From assembly GCF_039654945.1 (NCBI RefSeq), contig NW_027361711.1, positions 9,052,001-9,116,000 of the forward strand: a stretch of DNA of 64,000 nucleotides. Reading direction: 5' to 3'. A model generated the notes under the pieces. That model saw only the letters and a list, made by a program, of their open reading frames with translations, was not told the origin of the DNA and made no database searches. The DNA is from Dendrobates tinctorius (taxonomy: Eukaryota). How positions within the stretch are numbered: position 1 is the stretch's first letter; each line of letters starts with the position of its first letter. The translations under genes were made by a program, and so were the position numbers. Below, piece after piece: positions 51,129-62,892 of this stretch.

Positions 51129-52391
51129 TGGATCGCCCTCACCCAGGGCCGTGGAGTACTCGGTACCGGGCCCGTTGATTTCAATGGGAGTTGTCACGGT
51201 AGCGGTGACCCGGTCCGTGGCCCTGGGCGTCCATTGTAAAAGGAGAATGTTGAGTGATGGAATAAAGTTTATTAATAAATGTTTCATGACACCACCTGTG
51301 GTATTCGGCAATGAAGATGTTAAGCCGACGCTGCAGACAGAACCTCTTGGAAAGATGTTGTGGTGCAGCAATGATGGTGTAGCCCTCCACAGGCAGGGCT
51401 GTTGTCCCAGGGCAGTGTAGATGAAGAGAGAGGGGAGAGACGTGGATGGTGCAGGGCTGGGAACAAGGATGTAGCAGTGCTGGGTGTGCTGAAGCAGGAA
51501 TAAGTGGAGGACACCAGGGCATGTAGTTCCAAAGCTTTACTCACAGTCTGTTGCAGGTACAGGTGCCCGCCTCGGTGCCGTGTCCTCCGGGTCAGGGGCT
51601 CAGCCAACCTCCAGGCAAGATGAACTACTCCTTTCCAACACTCCGCCAACATATGTGCCTTTTCTGAACGTCTCCCTTTTGCGCCTATAGTGAAGTACTC
51701 ACAGTACTGAGTTACACTGGAGTTCCTCCTGTCAGATGTTCCTATGAACTCTACTTGTACGGCAGACAGCTGTAGCCTGCTTCGGGGACTCCTTGCTACT
51801 AAGTCCCGGCTCACTCACGTTGCTGTTGTGCCCCCAAGTCTTGTGTGGGAATAAAGTGGTGACAACTTCTATTCCTCCGGTGTCTGCTGCAGGACCATTA
51901 TTATCCATACGACCTCGGGGACCGGACCCCGGCCTTGCGCTGTGAACTTGGGAAGGGTTCTGCTCTAACCCTAATCCTTAGTCCTCCTCTCCTCACGTTC
52001 CATACTAATCCTTCTTTCTTATGGAGAGAGTCAGGCTTTCTATCAATGTTCCTTTCCTGTGCCAGCGGACCCAGGTCACTGAGGTCGGCTGCAGCATTTC
52101 CTTCATCCATCCCACTCAGGGGATCCTCTCTCCTCCTCTGACTCTGTCAGACTGACCAAATCCTAAACTCTTCCCGCTCTTTTGATGCTAACTAAACTCC
52201 ACCCGCCTCCCAGCACGCTTCGTGTTCCAAGCAGGGAGCCACCAAAGGGTGCTTTGCTACACTACTGTATTGTGTGGGATGCAGGTGTTGGAGTGTGGTC
52301 AGGTGTCTCCACCTTACCTGAATGGTGGTTCACCACACCTCAGGAGGAGGTGCAGTACCTCTGTGGTGACTGAACCCTCAGGGGCGCCACA
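51129..52391 (-). mobile_element. Solo LTR inserted in the Gypsy pol relic
   Basis: TG...CA termini; 4-bp TSD AATA (51125-28, 52392-95). Confidence 0.9.
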
Positions 52392-53837
52392 AATACATGG
52401 GACATCTAGGAGTACAAAGGACTTCAAACTTGGTTCATGAATGTTTCTTCTGGCCATACATGCAAAGGGTTATCAAGAGGTTTGTGACCAGAGAGTGTGA
52501 TTTTTGAAAGACAAGCATTCTAACACACCAACCCAAGCACCTATGGGCAACAAACGACCAACCTATTTGAGATGATTTCAATAGATTTTCTGCATTTAGA
52601 GATGTGCAAAGGTGGATATGAATACATCTTAGTGTTGATGGACCATTTTACTTGATTTTCTCAAAGCAAAGAATATTATGATCAAAAATGTCATTGCGTG
52701 TAAGTGATACCTGGAAGTTATGTCAGGGGCGGACATACCGCATGTGCAGCTGGTGCATCTGCATTGGGGCCCAGAGGTGGAGGTGGCCCTTGCAGGATGG
52801 CTAATAATGAGGGCAATCTGGCCTGTGTATCTGGCCCCGAGGCTCCGGGGGGCCCCTGGCCAGATTGCCCTCATGTGCGGCGGGAAGGGAGAGATCCCTG
52901 AAGCTCCACTGCCTGCAAGAGAAAATGGCAGTGGAGCGGAGCTGCAGCGATCCATCCTGCCGGCGCTTCTTATCTCTCACACAGTTAGCAGCACGGCTGG
53001 ATGATGTTGTAGGGAGGAGGACCCCCACAGAGTGTTCGGGCCGGAACCAAGGGGACCGCCATCTGAGTTCCTAAGGAAACAGTACCCAGGGAGCAGAGGA
53101 GGAGAGTGGACTGTTGAGAGTGACAGTACAGCAAGGGGAGGGGCGAGTATAAAAGGGACAGGGAGCGCGCGGAGGAGTCAGTTGGTGATACGTCAGACAC
53201 GGAGCAGGAGACGGAGGGGGCATGAGAGAACGGGAAGGACACTGACAGTTCAGAGAGGAGACCAGCAGCAGAGGGTAGATACACAGTGGCCCTCAGGAAA
53301 GAGGCACCAAGCTTACCGACAGGGGACTGCCTCTTCACCCCAATCCCAGGTTACGATCTGCCCCTGGTCATCCTCTGCCATTACCGCTGAGCTCGAGCCC
53401 TCCGCGGCCTATCTGCTCTCTCTCCCGATCGCTACCATCTCCCTTCAGCCCGCGGTTGCGGTCTGCCCGCTGCCACCTGCGGACGCTGCCGTTTCACTTC
53501 AGCCCGTGATTGCGGCCTGTCTATCACCGCTCACAGCCGCCTTCACCCCGCTGCAGTCGGCAGTTGGAGCCTGTTCCTTGTCAACAGAGACACTCTGCAC
53601 ACAGCCCCAGGCTGTGCGCATGGCCAGTAAACCGCCACTCTTGAACACTGCGACGCAACCCTGCTTGGGGACAGGAGTCCCATTGAACTCGCTAACAAGT
53701 GCAACCCCGCTGTTACAACAGGGGGTTACTTCATCTCATGACTCCATCAGGGCCTGTTGTGCCCCAATTCCTCCTGGGCGCTGGGGTGCCCAAAGACTAC
53801 TCCAAATCTTCAGCAGCTGGGCCCAGCGGCTGCGACA

Positions 53838-53923
53838 CCAAGGCAGCCTCATCAAAGACGCCAAAGCAGCCTCATCAAAGATGCCAAAGCAGCCTCATCA
53901 AAGACGCCAAAGCAGCTTCATCA
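53838..53923. repeat. 23-bp tandem repeat (~3.7 copies)
   Basis: CCAAAGCAGCCTCATCAAAGACG units. Confidence 0.9.
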
Positions 53924-54274
53924 GCAATGAAGCTTCCGCAGAGACGCCGAGGGACGTCAGGACGGATAAGTGACATTATAGAGTATAAGGACCCACAGAC
54001 GGCCATACCCTAGCGGCTTTAATTTATAAGTTTGCTTTTCAAAGTTCAACCAGTCTCGCGTCTCGTCACTGCATCCTGCGAACCTGCTGTTACCTACAAC
54101 GTCATCATTCAGCGCCGTGGCTGTGCGACAGAGAGGAAGCTGTCAGTGATGGTGATTTTGCGAAAGATCGTGCGAAGAGGTGAGCGGTGCAGAGAGGTGT
54201 GTGTATGTGTCGCTGCAGGGGAACGTTCAGAGAGGTGAAAGGTGCTGTGTGTAGGTGGATGAGAGGGCAGCGAT

Positions 54275-54960
54275 AGGGGAGAAGGCAATGATGGGGAAAA
54301 AGCAATGACGGTGGCAGATGAAAGGACAATGATGGGGTGGTGTGGGAGGAGGAAATGATGGAGGTGGTGGAATGGGCAATGATGGGGTAGTGGGGGAGAA
54401 AACAGTGATGGTGGAAGTTGAAAGGACAATGATGGGGGTGGTGGGGGAGGAGGAAATGATGCAGATGGTGGAATGGGCAATGATGGAGGTGGTGGGGGAG
54501 AAGGCAATGATGGTGGTAGTGGAAAAGACAATGATGGGGATGGTTGGAAAGGAGGTAATGATGGAGGTGGTGGAAAGGGCAATGATGGAGTGGTAGGGGA
54601 GAAGGCAATGATAGGGGTGATAGAGAGGGCAATGATGAGGGTGGTGGGGGAGAAAGCAATGATGGAAGTGGTGGAAAGGACAATGATGGGGTGGGGGAGA
54701 AAGCAATGATGGAGGTGGTGGAGAAAATGCAATGTTGGTGGTGGTGGAAAGGACAATGATGGTCGTGGTGGAAATGGCAATAATGGAGGTGGTGGAATGG
54801 GCAATGATGGGGTGGTAGAGGAAAGGACATTGTTGGTCAAAAGGGCAATGATGGGGGTGGTGGGGAGAAGGGAATGATGGAGGTGGTAGGGGAGAAAGCA
54901 ATGATGGAGGTGGTGAAGAGGGCAATGATTGGACTGGGGGAGAGGGCAATAATGGGATGC
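54275..54960. repeat. Purine-rich minisatellite (GCAATGATGGAGGTGGTGGA.., 21-24 bp units)
   Basis: About 30 tandem degenerate units. Confidence 0.95.
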
Positions 54961-55995
54961 GGGCGGAGGAGTACAATGAGGGGTGTGGGAGATTGGGATG
55001 GTATGAAGGGGGATTTATAATGGATTTAGGAAGAGGGGAAGGTGGAGGAATATGTTATTATAGCTTATTAGTTATTATGTCTAACACAGTCCCTTAGTAT
55101 ATAGTGTACTCGCTTATTATGTATAATGCCATCCCTCAGTATATAGTGTAGTCAATTTTTAACATGCCATCCTTTATTATATAGCTTCCTCTGTTGTTAT
55201 GCACAGTGCTGTCTCTTACATAGTGTATTCTTCTTATTTTTGTTATTCACAGCACCTTTTTATCACATAGTCCTCTCTCTTGTTAGATATAAAATGACTG
55301 CTGATGGAGGAGCCGGTGAACAGACTACCAGTTCATCAGCTCCTCCATTAGAAAAGAATTTTTCCCATGCTCCATAAGCCATCATTGCATTATACAGCTA
55401 GCAAGACAGGACGTTATGTAATAAAAAACAGGGCTTTATATAATCCAATATGTAAGGGATGGTGCTGTATATAACAAGAGAGGACACTGTATAATAAGGG
55501 ATGGCAATATACATGCTTGCTACCTGATTCAGCCGCTTGCCATCTGCCAAGTTCTCCGCTACCTGCAACATCTGCCTGTCCACCTGTTCTGCTGGGTCAG
55601 CATCCACGTGTCCGGGTTCTAACTGGAGGTAGCACCTGCGTCCCTCATTCATTCCAATCTGATCCTGTTTGAGGGGTCTTACTACGGATGTCTGGGGCTC
55701 GCATAGTAACACCCCCTTTGGAGCCCCCCGGTCAGTGGTCCTGTGGTTCCACAATATTGCAATAAATGAATGTACACTGCAACATCTGTGCCTCCAGTTC
55801 AATTCTTTACACTTTATATATATATATATATATATTTATATTTAGCTTTGTCACCATAGGAGAGGGACCCAGACACATTTGTTGCACAGGGGCCTCAAGC
55901 TGTCAGTGTCTGCCCCTGAGTCATGTGCTAGTCAAAAGCATACGTGAGAAAGCTGGTCCTGGAAAACGTTGTTCATACTGTGAAGACAATATGTA

Positions 55996-57602
55996 CAGTG
56001 GGGCAAAAAAGTATTTAGTTAGTCAGCAATAGTGCAAGTTCCACCACTTAAAAAGATGAGAGGCGTCTGTAATTTACATCATAGGTAGACCTCAACTATG
56101 GGAGACAAACTGAGAAAAAAAAATCCAGAAAATCACATTGTCTGTTTTTTTTTTCATTTTATTTGCATATTATGGTGGAAAATAAGTATTTGGTCAGAAA
56201 CAAGCAATCAAGATTTCTGGCTCTCACAGACCTGTAACTTCTTCTTTAAGAGTCTCCTCTTTCCTCCACTCATTACCTGTAGTAATGGCACCTGTTTCAA
56301 CTTGTTATCAGTATAAAAAGACACCTGTGCACACCCTCAAACAGTCTGACTCCAAACTCCACTATGGTGAAGACCAAAGAGCTGTCAAAGGACACCAGAA
56401 ACAAAATTGTAGCCCTGCACCAGGCTGGGAAGACTGAATCTGCAATAGCCAACCAGCTTGGAGTGAAGAAATCAACTGTGGGAGCAATAATTAGAAAATG
56501 GAAGACATACAAGACCACTGATAATCTCCCTCGATCTGGTGCTCCACGCAAAATCCCACCCCGTGGGGTCAGAATGATCACAAGAACAGTGAGCAAAAAT
56601 CCCAGAACCACGCGGGGGGACCTAGTGAATGAACTGCAGAGAGCTGGGACCAATGTAACAAGGCCTACCATAAGTAACACACTACACCACCATGGACTCA
56701 GATCCTGCAGTGCCAGACGTGTCCCACTGCTTAAGCCTGTACATGTCCGGGCCCGTCTGAAGTTTGCTAGAGAGCATTTGGATGATCCAGAGGAGTTTTG
56801 GGAGAATGTCCTATGGTCTGATGAAACCAAACTGGAACTGTTTGGTAGAAACACAACTTGTCGTGTTTGGAGGAAAAAGAATACTGAGTTGCATCCATCA
56901 AACACCATACCTACTGTAAAGCATGGTGGTGGAAACATCATGCTTTGGGGCTGTTTCTCTGCAAAGGGGCCAGGACGACTGATCCGGGTACATGAAAGAA
57001 TGAATGGGGCCATGTATCGTGAGATTTTGAGTGCAAACCTCCTTCCATCAGCAAGGGCATTGAATATGAAACGTGGCAGGGTCTTTCAACATGACAATGA
57101 TCCAAAGCACACCGCCAGGGCAACGAAGGAGTGACTTTGTAAGAAGCATTTCAAGGTCCTGGAGTGGCCTAGCCAGTCTCCAGATCTCAACCCTATAGAA
57201 AACCTTTGGAGGGAGTTGAAAGTCCGTGTTGCCAAGCGAAAATCCAAAAACATCACTGCTCTAGAGGAGATCTGCAAGGAGGAATGGGCCAACATACCAA
57301 CAACAGTGTGTGGCAACCTTGTGAAGACTTACAGAAAACGTTTGACCTCTGTCATTGCCAACAAAGGATATATCACAAAGTATTGAGATGAAATTTTGTT
57401 TCTGACCAAATACTTATTTTCCACCATAATATGCAAATAAAATGAAAAAAAACCAGACAATGTGATTTTCTGGATTTTTTTTTCTCAGTTTGTCTCCCAT
57501 AGTTGAGGTCTACCTATGATGTAAATTACAGACGCCTCTCATCTTTTTAAGTGGTGGAACTTGCACTATTGCTGACTGACTAAATACTTTTTTGCCCCAC
57601 TG
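55996..57602 (+). mobile_element. Full-length Tc1 DD34E transposon (1607 bp)
   Basis: TA TSD; ~205-bp nearly identical TIRs starting CAGTGGGGCAAAAAAGTATTTAGT. Confidence 0.97.
56364..57386 (+). pseudogene. Tc1 transposase, 340 codons with one in-frame TGA at 57132-57134
   Basis: [16 protein letters not shown].., [33 protein letters not shown], ..NKGYITKY; 1023 nt with no frameshift. Confidence 0.95.
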
Positions 57603-58380
57603 TATGTAGTCATCAAAAGGAAGTCCGATGACAGCCCAGTTTATGAATTCAGGCTGGAAATGGGAGACAACAAAACAAGAATAGTACATCTGAACTTGCT
57701 ACTTCCCTGTGGTTACCTCAACTACATTGAGACTTCCCGGAAGTGGATCAACGTCAACCAAAACCAACTGAGAGACTACCACAGACTGAAGGTTCTGAGG
57801 TAGAGAGTGACCTTGAGAGCACAGAAGAAGAAAACCAGAAGTTTGTACTTTGCATACTGACAAGTGAAAATTACCATCCTCATGATAGTGACCTAAGCCC
57901 TGAAGCTCCAGATTTCGTACCAGGAATCACAACAAAGGTTGTTTTCAGATTTGATGATCAAACACCAGTTATTGAAGATCAATAGGAACCTAGGGTAAAA
58001 GGAATCATCAGCCAATACAGAAATGGATGATCTGACAGAAGAACAAGAAGTATTAGAGGAAGTACTGGAAATGAACGCGGGGGAAGTAACCCCCGTAATG
58101 GAAAAATCTGCAATATTAGAGCAACAACCCAGCAGGAGGACTTCGACTCAAAAAGTAAGAAGACCAGTGATGCTGACCTACAATACATTATGTGAACCAA
58201 GTAGAGTACCAAGTGCTGTCAAGTTGAAACAGGTATTGTTACCTATGGATCAGGTAAGCCAACCTGAGTGGTATCTCCCAATGATGCACTTTACAAAAGA
58301 CTTTACCTGAGTGAATAGACTGTTTGGCTTATCTTAAACTTAAAGACTTTGTAATAACAAAGAATGAAAAAAGTACTCAA

Positions 58381-58734
58381 AGGGCCTTTCACACATAGCG
58401 AGATCGCTAGCGATCTCGCTTTTTGTGACACGTACCTGCGACCGGCCCCCCTCTGGATATCGCTGAACACGCTCGAAGTGCCTGGGCCATTTTTTCCTCG
58501 TTGGCGTCCCGCTGGCGCCGACTAGCAACGTATGGACGCAGGCGGAAATCACCATCTTCGCGGCGGTGTAACAGGTAAGAGCGACCACCGACGGATCGCT
58601 TGTCGCTGCTGCGTCGCTGGTGAGATCTGCCTGTTTGTCAGCTCCCTAGCGACCATTTAGCGATGCACCAGCGATCCTGACCAGGTCGTATCGTTGTCGG
58701 GATTGCTGGTGCATCGTTAAATGTAACGGGACCC
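58381..58734. mobile_element. Harbinger-like MITE (inverted relative to the 12651 copy)
   Basis: 3-bp CAA duplication; arm is the reverse complement of 12651-12760. Confidence 0.85.
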
Positions 58735-59566
58735 CAAGACTAGCTGGTTGAAAACAGACAAAAAGCTCCATCGGAAGAGATGCTGATTGTTTAAGTTGTT
58801 TTATTGCTCAGTGTTACATGACTTTCACCACCTAAGGACAGTTAAAGGAGATTAACTCCTAGGGGTTGGTTAGACCAACTAGAAAAAAAAACAAATGTTG
58901 AGGATGACGTTAAATTAGGATTGAAGAGTGTGAGAATAGAAGCATGGGATACTGGGAAACTTGTTATTGTGTCCTGGACATCTAAAAGTAAGGAGTATGC
59001 TAGAGAGTCTCCTGTCAGACTAAAATCAGACAAGTTGTATAGACCAGTTCTTCCTGTGAAGCAATTGCTGTAATCATAGAAGCAGTCAGTACAGCAAGGA
59101 GCATCTTTATTACCTCAAAATAGATGTGAGAGAGCTACAGCACTGAACTCATCCCCCTCACCCCACCTCACTGCATGAGCAAGGTACAGTTCTGTTTAGG
59201 TTAAGACTGCTTGTGAAGAGAAGTTATCTATGAAGACTGAAGAGACTTTCATATGTTGATGAAGCATTGCATAAAGAAAAGTAATTCTGTGTGATGAAAA
59301 GAAGCTTGAATGAAAGCCCTGTGATCAACTTCACCACAGAACTGTGTCATAACTGTGTGCCTGTAAACCGTTACCTCCCCTCTACTGTGAAGAATTATAA
59401 TTAATGGTCGCCCTGAATAAGATTTCCACAGGATTTCAAAATGAACAAGTTTCCATTGTATCGCCTTCATATACTGAGTGGTGTGCATGCAACATATATT
59501 GTACTAATGCGTCAGTCTGGTATATTTTGCCACAGAGGAGCCAATGTTGTGCAGATTTTTTTTTAA

Positions 59567-59750
59567 GGCCGGGGTCATACTTGCAAGGAACTCTCACGAG
59601 TCTTGAATCTCAATACGCCGGCACTCAGACGGGAGCGCTCAGCTGCATAGAAATACATGCAGCCGCACACTCCGGTCCCGATTGCCGGCGGCAGTGACGG
59701 GTGTTGAGACGCAAGACTCGTGCGAGTTTCTTGCAAGTGTGATCCCGGCC
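59567..59750. mobile_element. Harbinger-like palindromic MITE
   Basis: GGCCGGG(G/A)TCA(T/C)ACTTGCAAG termini; core shared with 8704-8916. Confidence 0.8.
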
Positions 59751-59960
59751 TATTTCTGAATTTGGGTTATAAAATAGTTCTCTTAAATGTTTTCATGTCT
59801 CCTGCAGTGGCCTCCAGAAGGACTTTGGAGTTGAATAAACTGAAGTGAACTCCAGTTGGTTTAAAGTAATCAGTGTGAAGGCCGACCAAAGGTATCAATG
59901 TGAACAAAAAGTTAGAGTACACAAAAGAGAAATAAAGTGGACACACACAGGTCATATTTA

Positions 59961-60313
59961 CGACTCGCTCACACTAGTGTATAAATCAGACGAGTGCAAT
60001 GTGAGAAAAAATGGGATTGCTTTCAGACCAATGTTATTCAATAGGGCAGTGCAGATCTGTGTATTTTTTTTTAGATGCATTCAGCATGAGTAAAAAATCT
60101 GAAATCTGATGGGTGTGACAAAAATAGTGCATGCTATACAGAGCAATTTTTACAGATACTTTATTTTTCTGCAGTATAGGAAACTGCAAATGGTCCAGTA
60201 AAATATAATAGCTGCTGGGTAAAAAAACAGATTGCACACGGATGAGAAAAAATCCTTCCACGCTCTTGGATTAGAATGAGACAGATTATTTCTACACTAG
60301 TGTGAGCAAATCC
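59961..60313. mobile_element. Degenerate Harbinger-like MITE
   Basis: GCTCACACTAGTGTA inverted subterminal repeats; TTA/TAA flanks. Confidence 0.6.
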
Positions 60314-60401
60314 TAAATAAAAGGTAGCAGTGACCATACATCCAATATAGTTATAGAGCTATAGTTATAGTTATTATTCACATGGCAGTATTTTACATTA
60401 A

Positions 60402-60710
60402 CCCCTTCACCACATTCGCCATACGGCACAAGTCAGAAGTGGGTGTATAGAACGGGCTCACATGGCAAGCCCGACTCTCACCTAGCAGTTGATTCCTGTA
60501 TATTACAGCCAGGACCTACTGTTAACAATTCCAGGCAAAGCAGTGCTTTGCCCATGATTGTTAACTTGTTAAATGCCGCTGTCAGTTTCATACACCGGCA
60601 TTTAACACGTGCCAGCATGTGTGCACATTATTCTCTCCACCCATCAGTGACGTGATTATGTTTTATAGATAAGTTATCATGATAGCAGGGGTCAGCTGAT
60701 GACCCCAGTG
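60402..60710 (+). mobile_element. piggyBac-like element terminal fragment
   Basis: TTAA|CCCCTTCAC start. Confidence 0.5.
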
Positions 60711-60992
60711 CCTTATATTGCGGCGCTATGGAAAAAAAAGCCATCCAATCTAGGGATTCCAACGTAGTCCACCGAATCCGAAGTAGTCTACAAATGGAAA
60801 CCTGAAAGACATAAAGGAAAGGTGAAGAAATAAAAACTATAAACAGTTCCTTATTCACCAATTTATTATTCAAAAATAATCCCCACTACTCCAACGATAC
60901 ATGTAACCTGATGCCGCGTCGGCGGTACCTGATCCTATTTCTGAGACCCGTTTTTCAGAACAAGAACCTATCCCTGAATTCCACGTCTATTA

Positions 60993-61348
60993 AGGCCCCT
61001 TTACATTTAGCGATGCACCAGCGATCCGACCCGGTCAGGATCGCTGGTGCATCGCTAGATGATCGCTAGTGAGCTGCCACATAGGCAGACCTCACAGCGA
61101 TGCAGCAGCGATACAGCGGACGATACTTACCATTCACACACAGCGATCCTGACATCCTCCCGCCCGCCTCCACGCGTCGCTCGTCGTCACAGCAGGAAGC
61201 CCAGCCGGACATTCTCACGCGATCAGCGATGGACAGCGGGGGAGCCGGTCGGAGGTAAGTATCACACATAGCGATATTGCTAGCGATATCGCTATAACGT
61301 CACAAAATCGGTGACATTATAGCGATATCGCTATGTGTAAAACCCCCT
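60993..61348. mobile_element. Harbinger-like MITE
   Basis: TTA flanks; homologous to 12651-13045. Confidence 0.82.
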
Positions 61349-62487
61349 TTAGTCTCCAAATCCTGCCAGTCAGTGACTCCGGTTCCTTGTCCCCATCCAG
61401 CAAACTTGAGCCCCGGGGTTGGCAGCTGCGATACAGGCCTTAAAACTCTCCTTAGATAAGGTTTTCCATCATGAGAAAAACAAACTATTCCTTAGGATTC
61501 GCGCACCCTGGAGTATAATATGGAGGAATGCAATGCGAGAAATCATCCCATTGCACTCTGACTAAAGTTAGTAAATGACTCTGTGCTTATCTGCAAATTT
61601 TTTCTCAGCTCGGATCAGACTGAGAAATAAACACACAAAAGTTCTTTCTTTGTAAAACGCACACCCTGACAAATTCCCTTTTTAACAATTTATTGCAAAA
61701 AATAATAATCCACAGGGTCTACCGTAATTCCAAATGGAGGTCCTACAATGATCCTTGTCTTCTTTGTCCAGTGTATGGGGTCCCATTCAGAGAACAAAGC
61801 TCCATAGACAGGAGCAGCATCAGCCAATGCCACAGTTCAGCAGCTGTGACCAGTGGTAAACTTTTGTGTGTGTGTGATAATTTCTTTTGACCACAGGGTT
61901 AGTAATGGGGGTGTCTTACAGATGGGGCTCCATTGCTATCCCCTGGGCTACTCAACTGACATCAACACCAAAACCATCACTCCAATTGCCAAATCACCAG
62001 GGCAATGGTGAAGAGCCAAGGCTAATTGCCAAAATTGGTGCATCTAATGGATGAACCATTTCTGGGGCTGCTCACGGCTGGTCTTATTATGCTGGGGAGG
62101 GGCCAATATCCATGGACCTTTCCAGCCTATTAACATCACTCTGCAGGTGTCTGCTTAGACATTACTGGTTATTAAAATAGGGGGAATCCATCATCATTTT
62201 TTTAAGGTCCCCCGTTTTTAATAACTAGTAAAGGCTAGGCAGAGAGCTGTGAGCTGATATTAATAGGCTGGGGTGGTCCATGTTTATTGTCCCATTTCCA
62301 GACTAATAACACCAACTCACAGCTGTTTGTTTTCAATTAGCTGGTTATTAAAAATAGAGAGGACCCCACAGCATTTTTTTTCATGTATTTATTTACTTAT
62401 TAGCTAAATAGAAGTACAGAAAACTACGCAAGCAAAGCACTGATTATATATCTCACTGACATATTTCTTTTATCTGTATATCTACTG

Positions 62488-62535
<48 letters not shown>

Positions 62536-62581
62536 AATCTATCTATCTATCTATCTCATATCTATTATCTAACTATCTACA

Positions 62582-62631
<50 letters not shown>

Positions 62632-62632
62632 A
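62488..62632. repeat. (TATC)n / GATA microsatellite, inside a probable degenerate Harbinger-like element (~61495-62891)
   Basis: Tandem TATC units. Confidence 0.95.
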
Positions 62633-62892
62633 TCTGTATATAAGATTGCATTATTAGTTAAAAAAACTAGCTTGAAATTACATAGAGATTACATTATGTA
62701 AAAGATAATGTTACAAACGCATTGCATACGGATTGCATATGAATGTCATACACATGCTAGGTGATGGAAAAAATCACACACTCACGTAGCACTCACATGA
62801 CATAAGTTGAAACAGACAGATTCTACACATCCATCTTTTCAAGAGCAACATCAGAGCTATTTTTTTTTTACACGCTAATATGAGTGAGCCCT

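Larger units (their letters stand above)
52724..55918. mobile_element. 3.2-kb non-autonomous hAT element with GC-rich cargo and minisatellite
   Basis: TIR CAGGGGC(G/A)GACA; 8-bp TSD AGT(T/C)ATGT (7/8 match). Confidence 0.85.
50861..58310 (+). pseudogene. pol: Gypsy pol (integrase region) relic in four pieces: 50861-51128, 52392-52723, 55927-55995, 57603-~58310
   Basis: Rejoined reading: LKELHK-YMGHLGVQRT..FFWPYM (zinc-binding region), [50 protein letters not shown]; most of the catalytic core is deleted. Confidence 0.82.

Noticed and set aside
48278-52391. Composite element or DIRS-like element bounded by inverted LTRs
   Set aside because: The right LTR has its own TSD and interrupts a pol frame, so it inserted independently
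54105-54976. Three ~245-aa His/Pro/Ser-rich ORFs
   Set aside because: All three minus frames are open because the minisatellite has no stop codons
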